A stretch of DNA of 64,000 nucleotides. Origin: Macrostomum lignano. Its lineage: Eukaryota. A program made the position numbers and the translations under genes. The stretch spans positions 1-64,000 of the forward strand of contig NIVC01000768.1 in the NCBI GenBank assembly GCA_002269645.1, given 5' to 3'. This document shows, piece after piece, positions 43,400-63,149 of the stretch. The notes beneath the pieces were generated by a model. It had not been told where the DNA came from and did not search any database. It saw nothing but the letters and a program-made list of their open reading frames with translations. Each line of letters starts with the position of its first letter. The first letter of the stretch is position 1.

Positions 43400-45911
43400 T
43401 GCTAAACTATTGAGTAGTAACTATAGAGACATTGACTCCCTGTGATAATTTTATAATTATATAGTTCGTAATGCGACGATACAGCTGTTTTCTATCTGCT
43501 AATTTTTATATACTAAACTCTAAAACACTTGGCTTGCCTCCATAGCTTAATAATTTCATGTTCGCTTGTTGTTACAGTCTACTCATTTTATGTGTAAACT
43601 CTTGACATTTGTTTTTATAAACAGCAGTTCTGTGAGAGTTTTTTATGTTAGCAAGGTCCAATTAATTCTCAATACAGTTGGTGTCCGTTGCGCAAGGTAC
43701 TTCAGTATGTGTCATGTCCATTGCTGTGTCGTTTCTCTTAGGATTTTAGCTTCCTGCTAGACTAACAGAAATACACGTGCGTTTATTGAAAATAGTTTAG
43801 TCATTTACTATATGTTTATTATAATTAATGGTTGCTCGCATGTCTTAGTCTTTACTGGGTTTTTCGTAACTCGATCCGGTTCACGGAAAGCCCAAGTCCC
43901 GGTCGTGTTTAATCTCTTGCTTTTGTAATAATACAGTACAGGTATTACATGTAACATAAATGACATATATATATGTCAGTTTATGAAATATCACGTTCTT
44001 AACTTAAATTTGCTTTGTTTGAATAGGCGTGTTGTAATATCATTACTCTTGTATAAACATAGGATTCTACAACAAATTTTTGCTCCGGAAGTTCAGCTCA
44101 TTCTATTCATATATATGTATTTGGAAACCCATGCGAAATTTGTTGATTGTATATTAAGAGTAGCACTCGAGTAGAGAAACTTCAATGCATGCAAACTGCG
44201 CAATGCAAAACCATACCTTTTTGTTCGTAAATGTAAAAAAATATACTCGCAACTCTATTTTCGAACTTGGGTGTGTACGTTAATTAGCCCATTTTCTCAA
44301 ATAAAATCCATGAGTCTTGGAATTACTTTTTATCATGCGTATGAAAAAAGTTATGTATTTTTTTATCAAATCAATAGCGCTCATAAGTCGTTTTTATATT
44401 GCAATACATTTATTTGACTATTGTGCGAATACTTAAACTGGATCAAGACATAAAAAGATTTGACGGGGCTTTGGGTATAGTTTTAAGTGAAGTCTCAATT
44501 ACTTTCAACCTATATTTAACAAAAACTCACTTGTATATTTAAAAAAACATTTGTTTCTAAATAGATTTGAGTTTTTAATGTCTTTTGTTAAAATACATGC
44601 TTCCAGCTTCAACACACAATTTTGATTTTACATTCCGAATTCTTTTTAACGAAATTACAATCGTTGTGTGTAAAAAACGCAACAAATTTCAGGATTTTAA
44701 CCACAAAAAATTATTTAGCAACGATTGATCTCCATGCTAGAAAATAAAATTAACCAATTAGCCTTTTCACTTAAGTATATTACTTGATACTTTCTGATAG
44801 AATCTGCTTTGAGTTTGATTTCCTATTTTTTATATGGGACAGAAAATTACCTTATGCAGTATTTTTAAAACGCATTGTATTTTTTTAGATAAGTTTAAGC
44901 ATATGTGACTCGTTTTACCATGTACAATATGTTTACCTTAAGTTGAGGAACAAAGTCTACCTGTCTTTATTTACCTTACCAGTCTACCAGTCTCTAGCTA
45001 TACAGTCTACCAAACCAAACTAAAACTTATTCTGGTTGAAAAGGGTTACTTTAATTGCTAAATACTGCAGAGGTATCCTAATTATTAAATTGCTTTGCAT
45101 AAAAATGATTTTTTAATTAACATTTTGAACAATTTTAAGCACTATTTTTGACAATTAGGGGTTGGGATACATAAGCAGTACTTTTGTTTATCTGTGACTG
45201 TGCATGCCTTTGTTTGGCAATGGCATTCAACATTTTATATATTGTTTTGATGAGAATGCTTTGTGACATAATTAGGTCTAGAAATATTTAGCATCAGATC
45301 TTCAAATGGAGTTTAGTTTATTTAGTATATAATACTCTTAGATATATTTTTCAATACAAGGTCAAGGATAATGACAACTCAGCAGTTTTAGTGCAACCAG
45401 AAATTTGTTGAGGGAGGGGTGGGCAGATTCTGGAAGGTAAACCCTGGGAAGGGGGGCAGATGGGTGGCTCTGTTTTTGGCAAAAATTCGCTTGGTAGCAA
45501 AAATGGTAGCAGATTTTGGTAGCAGGTAGCATGGTAGCAGGTACCAAAATTATGCATTCTAGTGCAATATTGCAATAGTGCAATACACATACTTGTATAA
45601 GCTAATTTACAGATTTAATTTGTTTTTACTTTTTTCCTTTAATTAAATATATTTAGATACTTCTGGTTTCATCTATCATACTCAAATTTACGATTCCTAG
45701 ACACCTCAGAAGTTAAGGTATATGCTTCAGTTCAGAAAAATGATATAACCATTTCATTTTTAACCATTTAAACACAAATTGTTACCAAAAAATCTATGGC
45801 GGTTCAAGAGTACGATCAAAATAGGGCCTGCCTCAATATAGCATGCATAACATTTTCGTAACAACTGTATTCCTCATCAAAATTGATGCATGCCTCCTCT
45901 GCAGCCGACTA

Positions 45912-46322
45912 ATGTTTGATGTCGCTAATCCAGAGAGCGCCATGGTTACCGTGGCAACCTCATCCGATCCCAACCATCGGCCGGACTTTATTTTAACCGA
46001 CGATCCCAAAGAATTCTGGATGTCAACGGGCCTCTTCCCGCAAGAGTTCGTCATCAGCTTCAACTCGCAGATGGAGATCAGCAGCATTAGTCTGTCGCAC
46101 GTGAATATCCAACACATGGAAGTGTTCATGTGCCCCAATCAGGACGGCGAGAACTTTGATCCCCTGTGCGAGGAGGATCTTGACCAGGCTGAGGGCAGCT
46201 TCAACACGGCCAGCATTCCTTTGAAAAAGAAAATTAACGTCTGGCACCTGCGGTTTCTAATCACCTCGGTTAGCGATCATTTTGTTGCCGTGCAAAAAGT
46301 GAAAGTTGAGGGTCGAGCCTAA
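45912..46322 (+). CDS. IFT25: Intraflagellar transport protein 25 (HSPB11), single coding exon, 136 aa
   Basis: MFDVAN...VTVATSSDPNHRPDFIL...EFWMSTGLFPQEFVISF...HLRFLITSVSDHFVAVQKVKVEG matches IFT25 motifs (ATSSD, FWxTTGMFPQEFII, HF). Confidence 0.9.
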   Translation: MFDVANPESAMVTVATSSDPNHRPDFILTDDPKEFWMSTGLFPQEFVISFNSQMEISSISLSHVNIQHMEVFMCPNQDGENFDPLCEEDLDQAEGSFNTASIPLKKKINVWHLRFLITSVSDHFVAVQKVKVEGRA

Positions 46323-49318
46323 ACTAATTGGGTAACGCACCTGTTCTCAAAGTCTAGGGATTGAAGGGAATCTAAAAATTTTCACTAGGAATACAGGCAA
46401 AATATTTTGATGATCCTGCGTTTTCGTTTGTTTAATTCCAATTTAAATTGGCGCCAATAAGTTACGACTTTGTTAAACGACCATAAAATGACTTAAACAC
46501 ATTAAAAAATAGTCTTAGCAACTTTAAATCTTAGTTTTAAAGCTAAAATCAAGGATTTTGTGTGTTAAAAGATTAACTTTTAATGGTTAAACGCGTTTAA
46601 CAATGCGGCCATCCATTCGGCGCGAATTTAAATTAAAAGTAGAATTTTTTTGAACAAAATGCAGGACTGCCAAAGTGTCATTTATTGTTGATAAAAAGTC
46701 AATTAATTGTTCATCGGCAGCTTTCAGCTAGTCGCAGGTGAATTTTGCAATTGAGACTGGCTTCGATTGGTTACGTAACAGTGGGAACACCAAGTTGATC
46801 ATTTTTCCGCACGTCGAACTACCAAGTGGGGATTCTGCCGGAACTAAGACGCGCAGGCACACGAAATTCATGAACACATGCTAAATTTTTGTTGTGCACC
46901 TTTTCTCCAACAAGAATCAAGTCGCCGCAGCCCTCTTGGGGCGTAAAGATATTCAACAATTCTACCAGAATATCGGGTTGCGGCATTGCCAAGCCTCCAA
47001 ATTTCATCAGCACATCAACCACATGTTCCTGCATCAGCTCTGACTTCGTTGGTGACTGGTCTTCACCCAGGAGGAACTTCTGGGTCATCAACAGGTGCCT
47101 TCATCAGAGCTGAGATACGAGTCAGGCTAGCGCTGATGGGAAAAATCCGACCTTCTGACAGAATTGTTGAATATCTCGAACGTTCCGGCTCGCTGACGAC
47201 TTGACTCGTGTTTGACAAGGTGCGCAACAAAAATATAGCATGTGTACTTGAATTTCGTGTGCCTGCGTTGCTTTCTTCCGTCGCACCAAATAGTTGTCAG
47301 GGGAATTTCCTCCTGCATGGTAGCTCCACTGTTAAGTGTTCTCCAGCTTGTGCTTGTTGCTGAGCCAACTCAGGCTGCTTCAGATGTCAGTTTTGAAAAT
47401 GTGCGACAAACTACATGTACTTATACGCTCGTGCGAATCTACGCCTGAGTTATCTGTGAAACATTGAAATGAACAACTCAAAAATAATAAGTGTGCATAG
47501 GCCTAAATATTATCCGTCCTTTTTGACTCATAATAATTATATACCTTTGTTTGTTTCAAAAGACCTAATACTTTTAATTTAAGATTTTTTTCTGCTATTC
47601 ATAATTTGTTTGTATAGAAAAATTCTAACGTGTAAATGTACATGTACGAGCATGTGACGTACAGCACTACATGTACATGAACTGCGTAACGATAGTGAGC
47701 TTACAAGACAAGAAGGACTAATTAGAATATATAACGAAGTGTCCAGTGGTCCTTGTTACAAGATTGAAGATGCAATGGCTGACACGCACGAGATATTTGC
47801 ATCAATTCTGATGTACCCTTACTGTAGACTCAGTGAACTGTGTACGTTTTGCTTCTAAAGGAGAAGGCCAATCAACATCGGCAAAAATGCAACAATCATA
47901 TCCGAATACATGAAGAAGATTACGTACATGCTCCATGCTAACTAATGCCCAAATGCCAAGGGTCTCTCCTTGCTTGATTCTTGATCGTAATTGCACCGAA
48001 GGCTTCATCATTGCGAATTCGCGATCTTTAATTGCAGGGTAATATAGCTCGTATACACGGCCGCGCCACCATGCAGATTGTCATGGCTGCAAGCGCACAT
48101 GTATGTCAAGTTTTGGACATGCTTGCAGTAAAATCACATGTGTTGGATGTAGGCACGCCCTGGGCCTCCCCAGCACTAATATTATTTTTGCACACCTCCC
48201 CAGCTTCCTGTGATCCGGGTGTACTCTGTCCATTATTTTAAAGTACATTATGGACATGTATAATTGTAGTGGAACATGGAAAATGTAAACATGCATGTCA
48301 GATAGTTTTATTTCATACATAAATTGCCAAGAATCTCGATCAGATGGTATTATAAAAAGAAACGAATAAGTACTTTAGCAGCAGAACTATATTGTGCTTT
48401 ATAAACCCAATTATAATAAGCGTTACTTCACCTTTGCTCCTTAGAGATTGCTTAAGAAGCTCCAATTAGGTTCCGATGCCGTATTACTGGCTTCTTATTA
48501 ATGTCTAATTGATTGAAGATGGAAATATACTATTGTACATATTGTACATTGTACATTGTATATTGTACATTGTACTATTGTACATATCTCCAAACGCAAC
48601 GCTAAGAAAATAGCAAAGAAAATTTATGACAAATATATGTAAATTGCTGCTGTATACAAACAGCTGTTTATTGTTTTGATATATCTGAAATAAATGTTCT
48701 AGAAGTTCTTGTGGCATTCGGTTTAAGTAATTTGATTTGTTAAAATGGACAAAGGTTCATGCTACTTTCCTGGAAAAACTTTAAACACCTCGTCCTTCGC
48801 ATTAACGATATCTACACCTGAAAGATATTTTTACATTCACGAAATACGAAGTCTGAAGTTCCTTAGTGTATTATACAATATTATCAATAAAAAATAAAAC
48901 AATTGCTTAAAATGTCTGCTAGCTTAAAAGTTCTTGCAAAAGGCCCATGCTTTAGCTCTGGACTTTTTAAGCACAAGATTCTGCGACTTGTTTCTCCAAC
49001 TGTAGTTGCTCGAAGTGCCTCGTGTAAGTATTTTATTTTCATAATCCCTGCTGCTAGATCGTTCATCAAGTTTCAAATGGCCTATCTATCGTTTGTAATG
49101 TTAGATAGGAAAGAGAACATAAAAATTATTTGAAACACATACAGGCCTAGTCATAATTACATTAAGCTACTGTGTTGATATATCTAATTCTAGATTCTTC
49201 ATGACTTCATTCTACTTCACTTTCTAATTACCAAGCTCTGTGTAGCCCCCAAATTTTAGACACTAAAATAGTGCGGTAGTGTCTAAGTAGTGTCTAGGTT
49301 ATCTATATTGTTCAAGTG

Positions 49319-49812
49319 CCAGGATGGAATCCTTGCACAAAAATTGCAACACATTTTTGTGTTCGGGAAAAAAATTGCAAAAAATTGCGCAATGCAAAAA
49401 AACGTGCACCTGTACAGGCTGCAAAAAATGCGACAAAAATTTTGAATTATTTTGCAACTGTTTGCACAGTTTAAATTATTGACTTTACTGTATTAAATCT
49501 AGAATTACTACAAAAATGTAACATTTATAAATTATAGTTCATTGTTTATGAACTGTTCAAATTTAAAATTCTCTACTTAAAAAACAAAGATAATCAAATC
49601 AGTTTAATATTTATTGTAATGAATCGTCAAAAAATGCAAGTATAAGACTATTGCAAAACATTATTTTGATTTGACAATCGGTAATGCTAAAAATTGTGCC
49701 ACTAAATTTTGTTTAGGATTGTAAAATTGCATTTGGTTTAATATAGAATTGTGCACTGAAAAAAAGTTGCAATTTTCTGTTTTAAATGCCAGATGTAAGA
49801 ATTCCATGCTGG
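49319..49812. mobile_element. MITE, 494 bp, hAT-like
   Basis: TIRs CCAGGATGGAAT / ATTCCATGCTGG, with a perfect 8-bp TSD TTCAAGTG (49311-49318 and 49813-49820). The interior is rich in TTGCA/TGCAA motifs. Confidence 0.8.
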
Positions 49813-49898
49813 TTCAAGTGTAAACTATGATAAATTGACTATTTTATTAATAGGTCTATAGGCCTACTTCTTCACTGGTATATATGTATTTTTGAAAT

Positions 49899-51041
49899 GG
49901 GAACCAGGTAATTCAGTGACAGGTTGACTTGGCAACAGGCAATTCAGCAACAAGCCAATTTAGCGACAATCAGTTTGGTGACATACAACCAAGGAGTGGT
50001 TAAAACAGAGGGGCGGTTAAGTTGTCATCCATTGTGTTGTGTTTTCATGTTAAATAAGCCAAAGTAGTAAGCCTCACATACCATACATATAGCTCGTACA
50101 TATACTATGCTTTTCCTAGTGTGTTACACATGCTTATAGTAAAACAAATGTTGAGACTCTAAGAACAGTTGTTGAACAGAGTATCAAAAATCCTGGTTGA
50201 ATTGTGTATTTTGTAATGATTGTGAATTAAATATACATGTATACATATACTTCTCTAATCATATAAACTACGTCAACTTATATGGTCAATTGCCTTTGAC
50301 ACAGTTGTCCCTATGCCATCGGGACCAGTGGCGGATTTAGGGGGGGAGGTGCACAGGGTGTGCGCCCCCGTTGAGTCTGATTTTATTTATTTTTATATGC
50401 AAAATATGCAATATTGTGTACATATGCATGTACATAATATACACTTATAAGTACCTTTAGTAATCTGCGCGTCCCCCCATTCAAAATTTTCTGGATCCGT
50501 ATGTACCTGGTCTGGACAAGTCCGAGACTGCTAAGGGGGCGTATGCACACACCTCTTTGAAAATGTGTTATTCAGCATGATTAAAACAAAATATTACCTT
50601 ATTTTGTAGATCATGTCACTGCAGAAGAAAGATTAAGGCTCCAAAAGAGCCCATTGCTTCTATATATTTAGCAAGCAATTATGAGACCTGTATGAGACCT
50701 TTGAGAGTCTCATACATTGTACGCAAAGCAAAAGGGGCAAAGGGAAAAGGAAGGAATGAACAAGCAAGCACTGGGTGACACATCGAGACAAAGAAAATTC
50801 CTACCCCACTTCCCCCTCAACCCCTCTCACACAACACAACTACACTGTACATAATCACACCTTACTTGAATGGCAAGGACTATATAATGACTATACGAGT
50901 AATGCAATATTTTAAATTTTAACAAGTGTTGTATATAGCTTTCTTTAACCTTCAGCATTTGCCAAATTGGCTGTCGCAGAACTGACTTGTCGCCAAATTG
51001 GTTGTCGCCAAATTAGCTTATCACCGAATTAACTGGAAGCC
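49899..51041. mobile_element. Old TIR element with inverted subterminal GGCGACAA-type repeats, containing a CAGTGGCGGA-type MITE (50326-50499)
   Basis: The left end GGGAACCAGGTAATTCAGTGA resembles the reverse complement of the right end TCACCGAATTAACTGGAAGCCC. The TSD is only approximate. Confidence 0.45.
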
Positions 51042-53064
51042 CTTTGAGACTAGCTATCATTTATTTTTGTTGCTTTTTTAAATTATTTTCTTAAAAATTA
51101 GCAATTCAAAAGTATGCAGACCATAGTGCAGAAAGATGTCCATGTATGACAGAATGTAAATTAAAATTTTGGCTTGTTGTATGACAGTACGACATGGATT
51201 GAAAAATGGTACTACTGGTGTACAATAAGAAAAAAATGCAAACATAAAAATAAATAATTTAAATATATTCTAATTTTCTATAAAGTGCAAAGTAAAACAA
51301 CAATTATGTTGTTATTTACTGACTGCATATAATGCACATCAGTTAGAAAGACAAAACAAATATGAAAGTTTTCTTACGCATGAATTTTTTGATTTTTTTT
51401 TCGTTGGCAACAGTGCCATGGTGAATGAGTTTTAAATATGAAAATGACTTACAACTGTACAGTTAACAGAAAAAATACTTTGCTACGTATGACTCATATA
51501 TGACTACAATAGTATAAAATATAGCACCCCCAAAAAAGAGTGATGTACGATATGTATGACAGTTGATCCTTGTGTACAACAGAAATTTCTATCATATACC
51601 CATACTTCTGCACTATGGTATGCAAAGTGATGTAGGCCTAGCTTAAAAGATTTGTTTCTAACTCTAGCATAAAGTCTAAGACTAAAGAGTCTAGATCCTG
51701 CTGGGTATATGCCCAAACAAAAATTAAATTGTTATTAATACATGTCAAAATTTCAATATACACCTATATTCAAATTCTAGGCTAGTAATATAACAATAAA
51801 TGATCTTTTTTGCATTGTGTAAAAGACCTTTTTTGGCTAATAATTTGGTTGTTTTTTTGGTTATACATAGTTTAGCTAATAACTTTCTTGCCTATGCTAA
51901 AAACAAAATATATAAACATTTTTTAAATGCTTTATTACACCTTAGAAACCTAAAAGCTAAAAATTTATGTTTCAAAATGAGCTTTTCTGTCTTTTTTCCA
52001 TTTAACATTAACTCTTCTATATGATTAGAAAAAATATGGTTAATTTTTTACTAAATCATAAAATGTTTTTTATAACTTTTTTGTTTTACTTTTAACTTTT
52101 TAGAAAAGTTAAACATGATTTTTAAATTTAGTTTTTAATTTTTTTGATCAAAACTTTGCTATTCTAACTATGTACATTGTCATAAAGAATATTGCAAGCT
52201 TGAACTTAATCATTTTTGTACACTAACTATGTATATTCTTTGGGACTTAGAACTTTGGTCCCATCTGCTATCTTGGTGATCTCTATATGCTAAGCTAATA
52301 CTAAGAAGGTATGCTAAGTATACTATATAAAAAGATATACTAAGAAGGCATACTAGGCCCCTCTGTATACTAAGTTATATATCAATGATATACTCTAGGT
52401 CTTTTTGTAAGCTAGAAAATTCTGGCATACATGTATACTATCCAGAGTCTAAGAATTGGGTGGTTTGAATTAGTCAATACTTAGTCTATATCTAGTAAAT
52501 GCAATAAAATTATAACTCAAGCTATTAGTATTATACAATTCAATTATCTTAATGCACAATTGAAAAGATGGCTGGCCTCCCACCTGCACTTATGTCCTTT
52601 TATCTAAGGACTACCCATTTATTAGTTTTATTAGTTGATAGTTCACCATCTCTGTTGAAACTTATTTTTTAAATCTTTCCATTAATTCTCCATAGTCTAT
52701 AGCTCCTGTAGCTAGATAGTCAGGAATGTGGCCTTTGCCATGGACACATTTGGCACACACAAGGAGTCCAAAATGCACTCAGTACATAATCATGGTGCAC
52801 ACAGGGGATTCACAATGCTCTTGGTGCACAATCATGGTGCATGCAAATGGTCTCTGATGCACTTGGCACATGATCATGGTAGATATTGAGATCTCTAGTG
52901 CATGTGGGGCATAACTTTTTTGGCAAAATTATTATAAAACACAATTATTGGTTAATCTAACTTGCACTTTATAAATGTATAATTTCTACTTATTTTTAAT
53001 AGGCTTACATCCTGATATTTTAACAAAAAAATTCTGTAAACAGATTTTTAAAGGTTCATTTAAG

Positions 53065-54090
53065 CACTAATCCATCAGAGCCATCATCCTTTAAAAGCAC
53101 TAATCCTTCAGAGCCATCATCCTTTAAAAGCACTAATCAATCAGAGCCATCATCCTTTAAAAACACTAATCCATCAGAGCCATCACCCTTTAAAAACACT
53201 AATCCATCAGAGCCATCATCCTTTAAAAACACTAATCCATCAGAGCCATCATCCTTTAAAAGCACTAATCCATCAGAGCCATCACCCTTTAAAAGCACTA
53301 ATCCATCAGAGCCATCATCCTTTAAAAACACTAATCCATCAGAGCCATCACCCTTTAAAAACACTAATCCATCAGAGCCATCACCCTTTAAAAACACTAA
53401 TCCATCAGAGCCATCATCCTTTAAAAGCACTAATCCATCAGAGCCATCATCCTTTAAAAGCACTAATCCATCAGAGCCATCATCCTTTAAAAACACTAAT
53501 CCATCAGAGCCATCATCCTTTAAAAACACTAATCCATCAGAGCCATCATCCTTTAAAAGCACTAATCCATCAGAGCCATCACCCTTTAAAAGCACTAATC
53601 CATCAGAGCCATCATCCTTTAAAAACACTAATCCATCAGAGCCATCACCCTTTAAAAACACTAATCCATCAGAGCCATCACCCTTTAAAAACACTAATCC
53701 ATCAGAGCCATCATCCTTTAAAAGCACTAATCCATCAGAGCCATCATCCTTTAAAAGCACTAATCCTTCAGAGCCATCACCCTTTAAAAGCACTAATCAA
53801 CCAGAGCCATCACCCTTTAAAAACACTAATCCATCAGAGCCATCATCCTTTAAAAACACTAATCCTTCAGAGCCATCATCCTTTAAAAACACTAATCCAC
53901 CAGAGCCATCACCCTTTAAAAGCACTAATCCATCAGAGCCATCACCCTTTAAAAGCACTAATCCTTCAGAGCCATCATCCTTTAAAAGCACTAATCCTTC
54001 AGAGCCATCACCCTTTAAAAGCACTAATCCTTCAGAGCCATCATACTTTAAAAATAATCCACTAATCCACCCTTTAAAAGCACTTATCCC
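53065..54090. repeat. Minisatellite, 33-bp unit, about 31 copies
   Basis: Unit CCATCAGAGCCATCATCCTTTAAAAGCACTAAT; it explains ORFs 53137..53793 and 53797..54210. Confidence 0.95.
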
Positions 54091-54167
54091 TAAGGTACAT
54101 CGCCTTGTATGCGAACAAGAATGCAAAAAAATCACATTCACATATTCACAACTACCCAACCTCGCAG

Positions 54168-54628
54168 ACTGGGACCACGACTGGCAGCCGGGTCCATATC
54201 CGCGCACCAAGGAGGAGCGCGACCGTGCCGCTAAGCGATACGGCCTGCTGCCCGAAGACTACGAGCCATTCCCAGACGACGGCAACGCGCCTGGTGACTA
54301 CCCAAATCTGCCAGCCTACTCCGCTCACCACCGGGATCTGTTTGCTAACTATGAGCACAGACAGCTCACTAGGCACTATGGCGAGCCCATGCACATCAAT
54401 GCCGAGCTGTACAGACTGGGCTTTGTGGATCCGAACAATGCGGACTATTGGCACTGGCGGATGCCGTATTGGAAACAGCTGCTACTGCTTGTCACCGCTG
54501 TGGCCAGCGTGTTTGGCCTGCTGTCCATCGGCAATCGGTATCGCTATTTCCCCCCAGTGATGGCTAAGCAGTTTCCCTATGATAAGAAGGGACAGAAGCA
54601 CTATTTGTTTGAGCCGGCCGATGAGTAA
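54168..54628 (+). CDS. NDUFB8: NADH dehydrogenase 1 beta subcomplex subunit 8 (ASHI), terminal exon; upstream exon not located
   Basis: After the acceptor CTCGCAG (phase 1): WDHDWQPGPYPRTKEERDRAAKRYGLLPEDYEPFPDDGNAPGDYPNLP...YGEPMH...[TM segment]...KQFPY. This matches NDUFB8 PGPYP..EER.AAAKKY...EDYEPYPDDG..GDYP.LP. Confidence 0.9.
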
Positions 54629-55471
54629 TTCTCTGAACTTCAGCAAGTCTGTAGCTTGTTTAAATCATTGACTTAAACTGACACTCTCAGTTCCCCCTCC
54701 CCCAAAACTAGATTGCACCATTTACTTGTTGATAGTGGCAGTGTAGTTGTGCTTATAAATATACAAATAGCGATATAAATATTCATCTGCAGTGCGAGTG
54801 TGCTATAGAAAATAAGAACTAATCGCCCTAGTTTGATCTTTTGTTGTCTTTTTTTATTCGAAGATTAACAAGAATTTTTACGTTTCGTAGGGTACGAGAA
54901 CTTCTCGCTTCTACAGGTACCAGAGCCAATACATCATTTTACCTCCTATTTTGAACAGTCTTGTTCAAAAGAAACAAGAAGAACTTCAATTCAAACACTA
55001 ATAAATTACAGCCCTTGCGGAAATTCAAATCAAACAAAGTCCCTTTCTATTGAAACAGAAGAACTTCAATTCAGACTGTCTGTGGCCAAAATTGTCCCCG
55101 AGTTGACGTGCATGCGCAAACTTGAAATTCAAAAGAAACAAAGTCACATTCTATTTCGACAGAGATTTTCGCACATAGATACAAGTACATTTTAGAACAT
55201 TAATCTAACTTTTTTGTTTTTTTCTGTACTGCATAACTGTACAATCGTTGCGCAACAAGAAACGATATGAATGCTGAAGATCAGATTGAAGAAGACGATG
55301 AATTGCTGGAAGAAGGTGGAATCAATGAATTTGAAGCAGAATTCGATGAAGATATCATGGAACAGCAGCCTTGGCAGTGCGCTATTGTTTAAGCAACAGT
55401 GACAGACCGTATCATCAGGGCTGCTGATTGTTGGGGATGACTTTGTTCAAAATAGGAGGTAAAATGGTGTA

Positions 55472-56075
55472 CTAGTGGCGAAGACAGGTACCAGAGCCAA
55501 TACTAGTGGCGAAGGCAGGTACCAGAGCCAATACTAGTGGCGAAGACAGGTACCAGAGCCAATACTAGTGGCGAAGGCAGGTACCAGAGCCAATACTAGT
55601 GGCGAAGGCAGGTACCAGAGCCAATACTAGTGGCGAAGACAGGTACCAGAGCCAATACTAGTGGCGAAGGCAGGTACCAGAGCCAATACTAGTGGCGAAG
55701 GCAGGTACCAGAGCCAATACTAGTGGCGAAGGCAGGTACCAGAGCCAATACTAGTGGCGAAGGCAGGTACCAGAGCCAATACTAGTGGCGAAGGCAGGTA
55801 CCAGAGCCAATACTAGTGGCGAAGGCAGGTACCAGAGCCAATACTAGTGGCGAAGGCAGGTACCAGAGCCAATACTAGTGGCGAAGGCAGGTACCAGAGC
55901 CAATACTAGTGGCGAAGGCAGGTACCAGAGCCAATACTAGTGGCGAAGGCAGGTACCAGAGCCAATATGAGTGACACAGGGCAGGTACCAGAGCCAATAT
56001 GAGTGACACAGGGCGGGAACCAGAGCCAATATGAGTGACACAGGGCAGGTACCAGAGCCAATATGAGTGACACAG
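55472..56075. repeat. Minisatellite, 31-bp unit, about 19 copies
   Basis: Unit TACTAGTGGCGAAGGCAGGTACCAGAGCCAA; a solo partial copy lies near 54914-54933. Confidence 0.93.
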
Positions 56076-56672
56076 TACGACACTACGAGTATGCCACATA
56101 CGAATGCCAATATGAGTGTCAGCTTGATATTAGAAACTGACTAAGACTAACGAGAAGGCGAAATCAGCACCAATTATGATTTTACAATCCATTACCGGTA
56201 TACTGGTATAATATCGGTATTTATTATAAGTAATATTGAACACGGCAAATGGTTGGTTTGTTTTTAGTGAATAAATATGTAGCTGAAAAAGAGATCAGGA
56301 GTGGTTTTATTTAAATAATGTACATTATTATTGGAACAAATTTTGACATCAAACACGAATGATAAAAAAATTAAAAAACGACATGGCTGCGTCATAAATT
56401 AATTGAGCAGCAGCGCTCGTGCGCCTGGGTCTGGTTATAAAAGTACAAAACAACTCTGGAATAATCTATATATTGTCTGGTTAAGCCACGCAAAATTTTA
56501 CTTAAAAAGTGAAATTTGTCAATAAAAAAACCGGAGACTGATGAAATACTAATCAGAATATTGGTAGGTTGAAAAAACTATAGTGCTCTTGAGTACAAAA
56601 ATTGTTTCAATCGTTAATGAAAATGATTGTTCCGAACAACCTTCCCTTGAGTCCTCTCTGCCTGCCTCAGTC

Positions 56673-63068
<6,396 letters not shown>

Positions 63069-63149
63069 CTGGCGTTGTTTAAGCAATATGAGCTTTTTTA
63101 AATAAGGCATTAGGAGTTTTTATAATTGAAATATCGTTTGAAAAAGCCG

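Noticed and set aside
46948-47176. About 29-bp imperfect inverted repeat (GATATTCAACAATTCT...) and several short ORFs
   Set aside because: The similarity does not extend, there is no TSD, and the ORFs have no recognisable motif or splice support.
53137-54210. LLKDDGSDGLV-repeat ORFs
   Set aside because: They come from a 33-bp intronic or intergenic array and have non-ATG starts; nothing links them to NDUFB8 coding sequence.
55268-55393. Short acidic ORF MNAEDQIEEDDELLEEGG...
   Set aside because: It is only 41 aa with no domain or exon context, and is probably a TE remnant.
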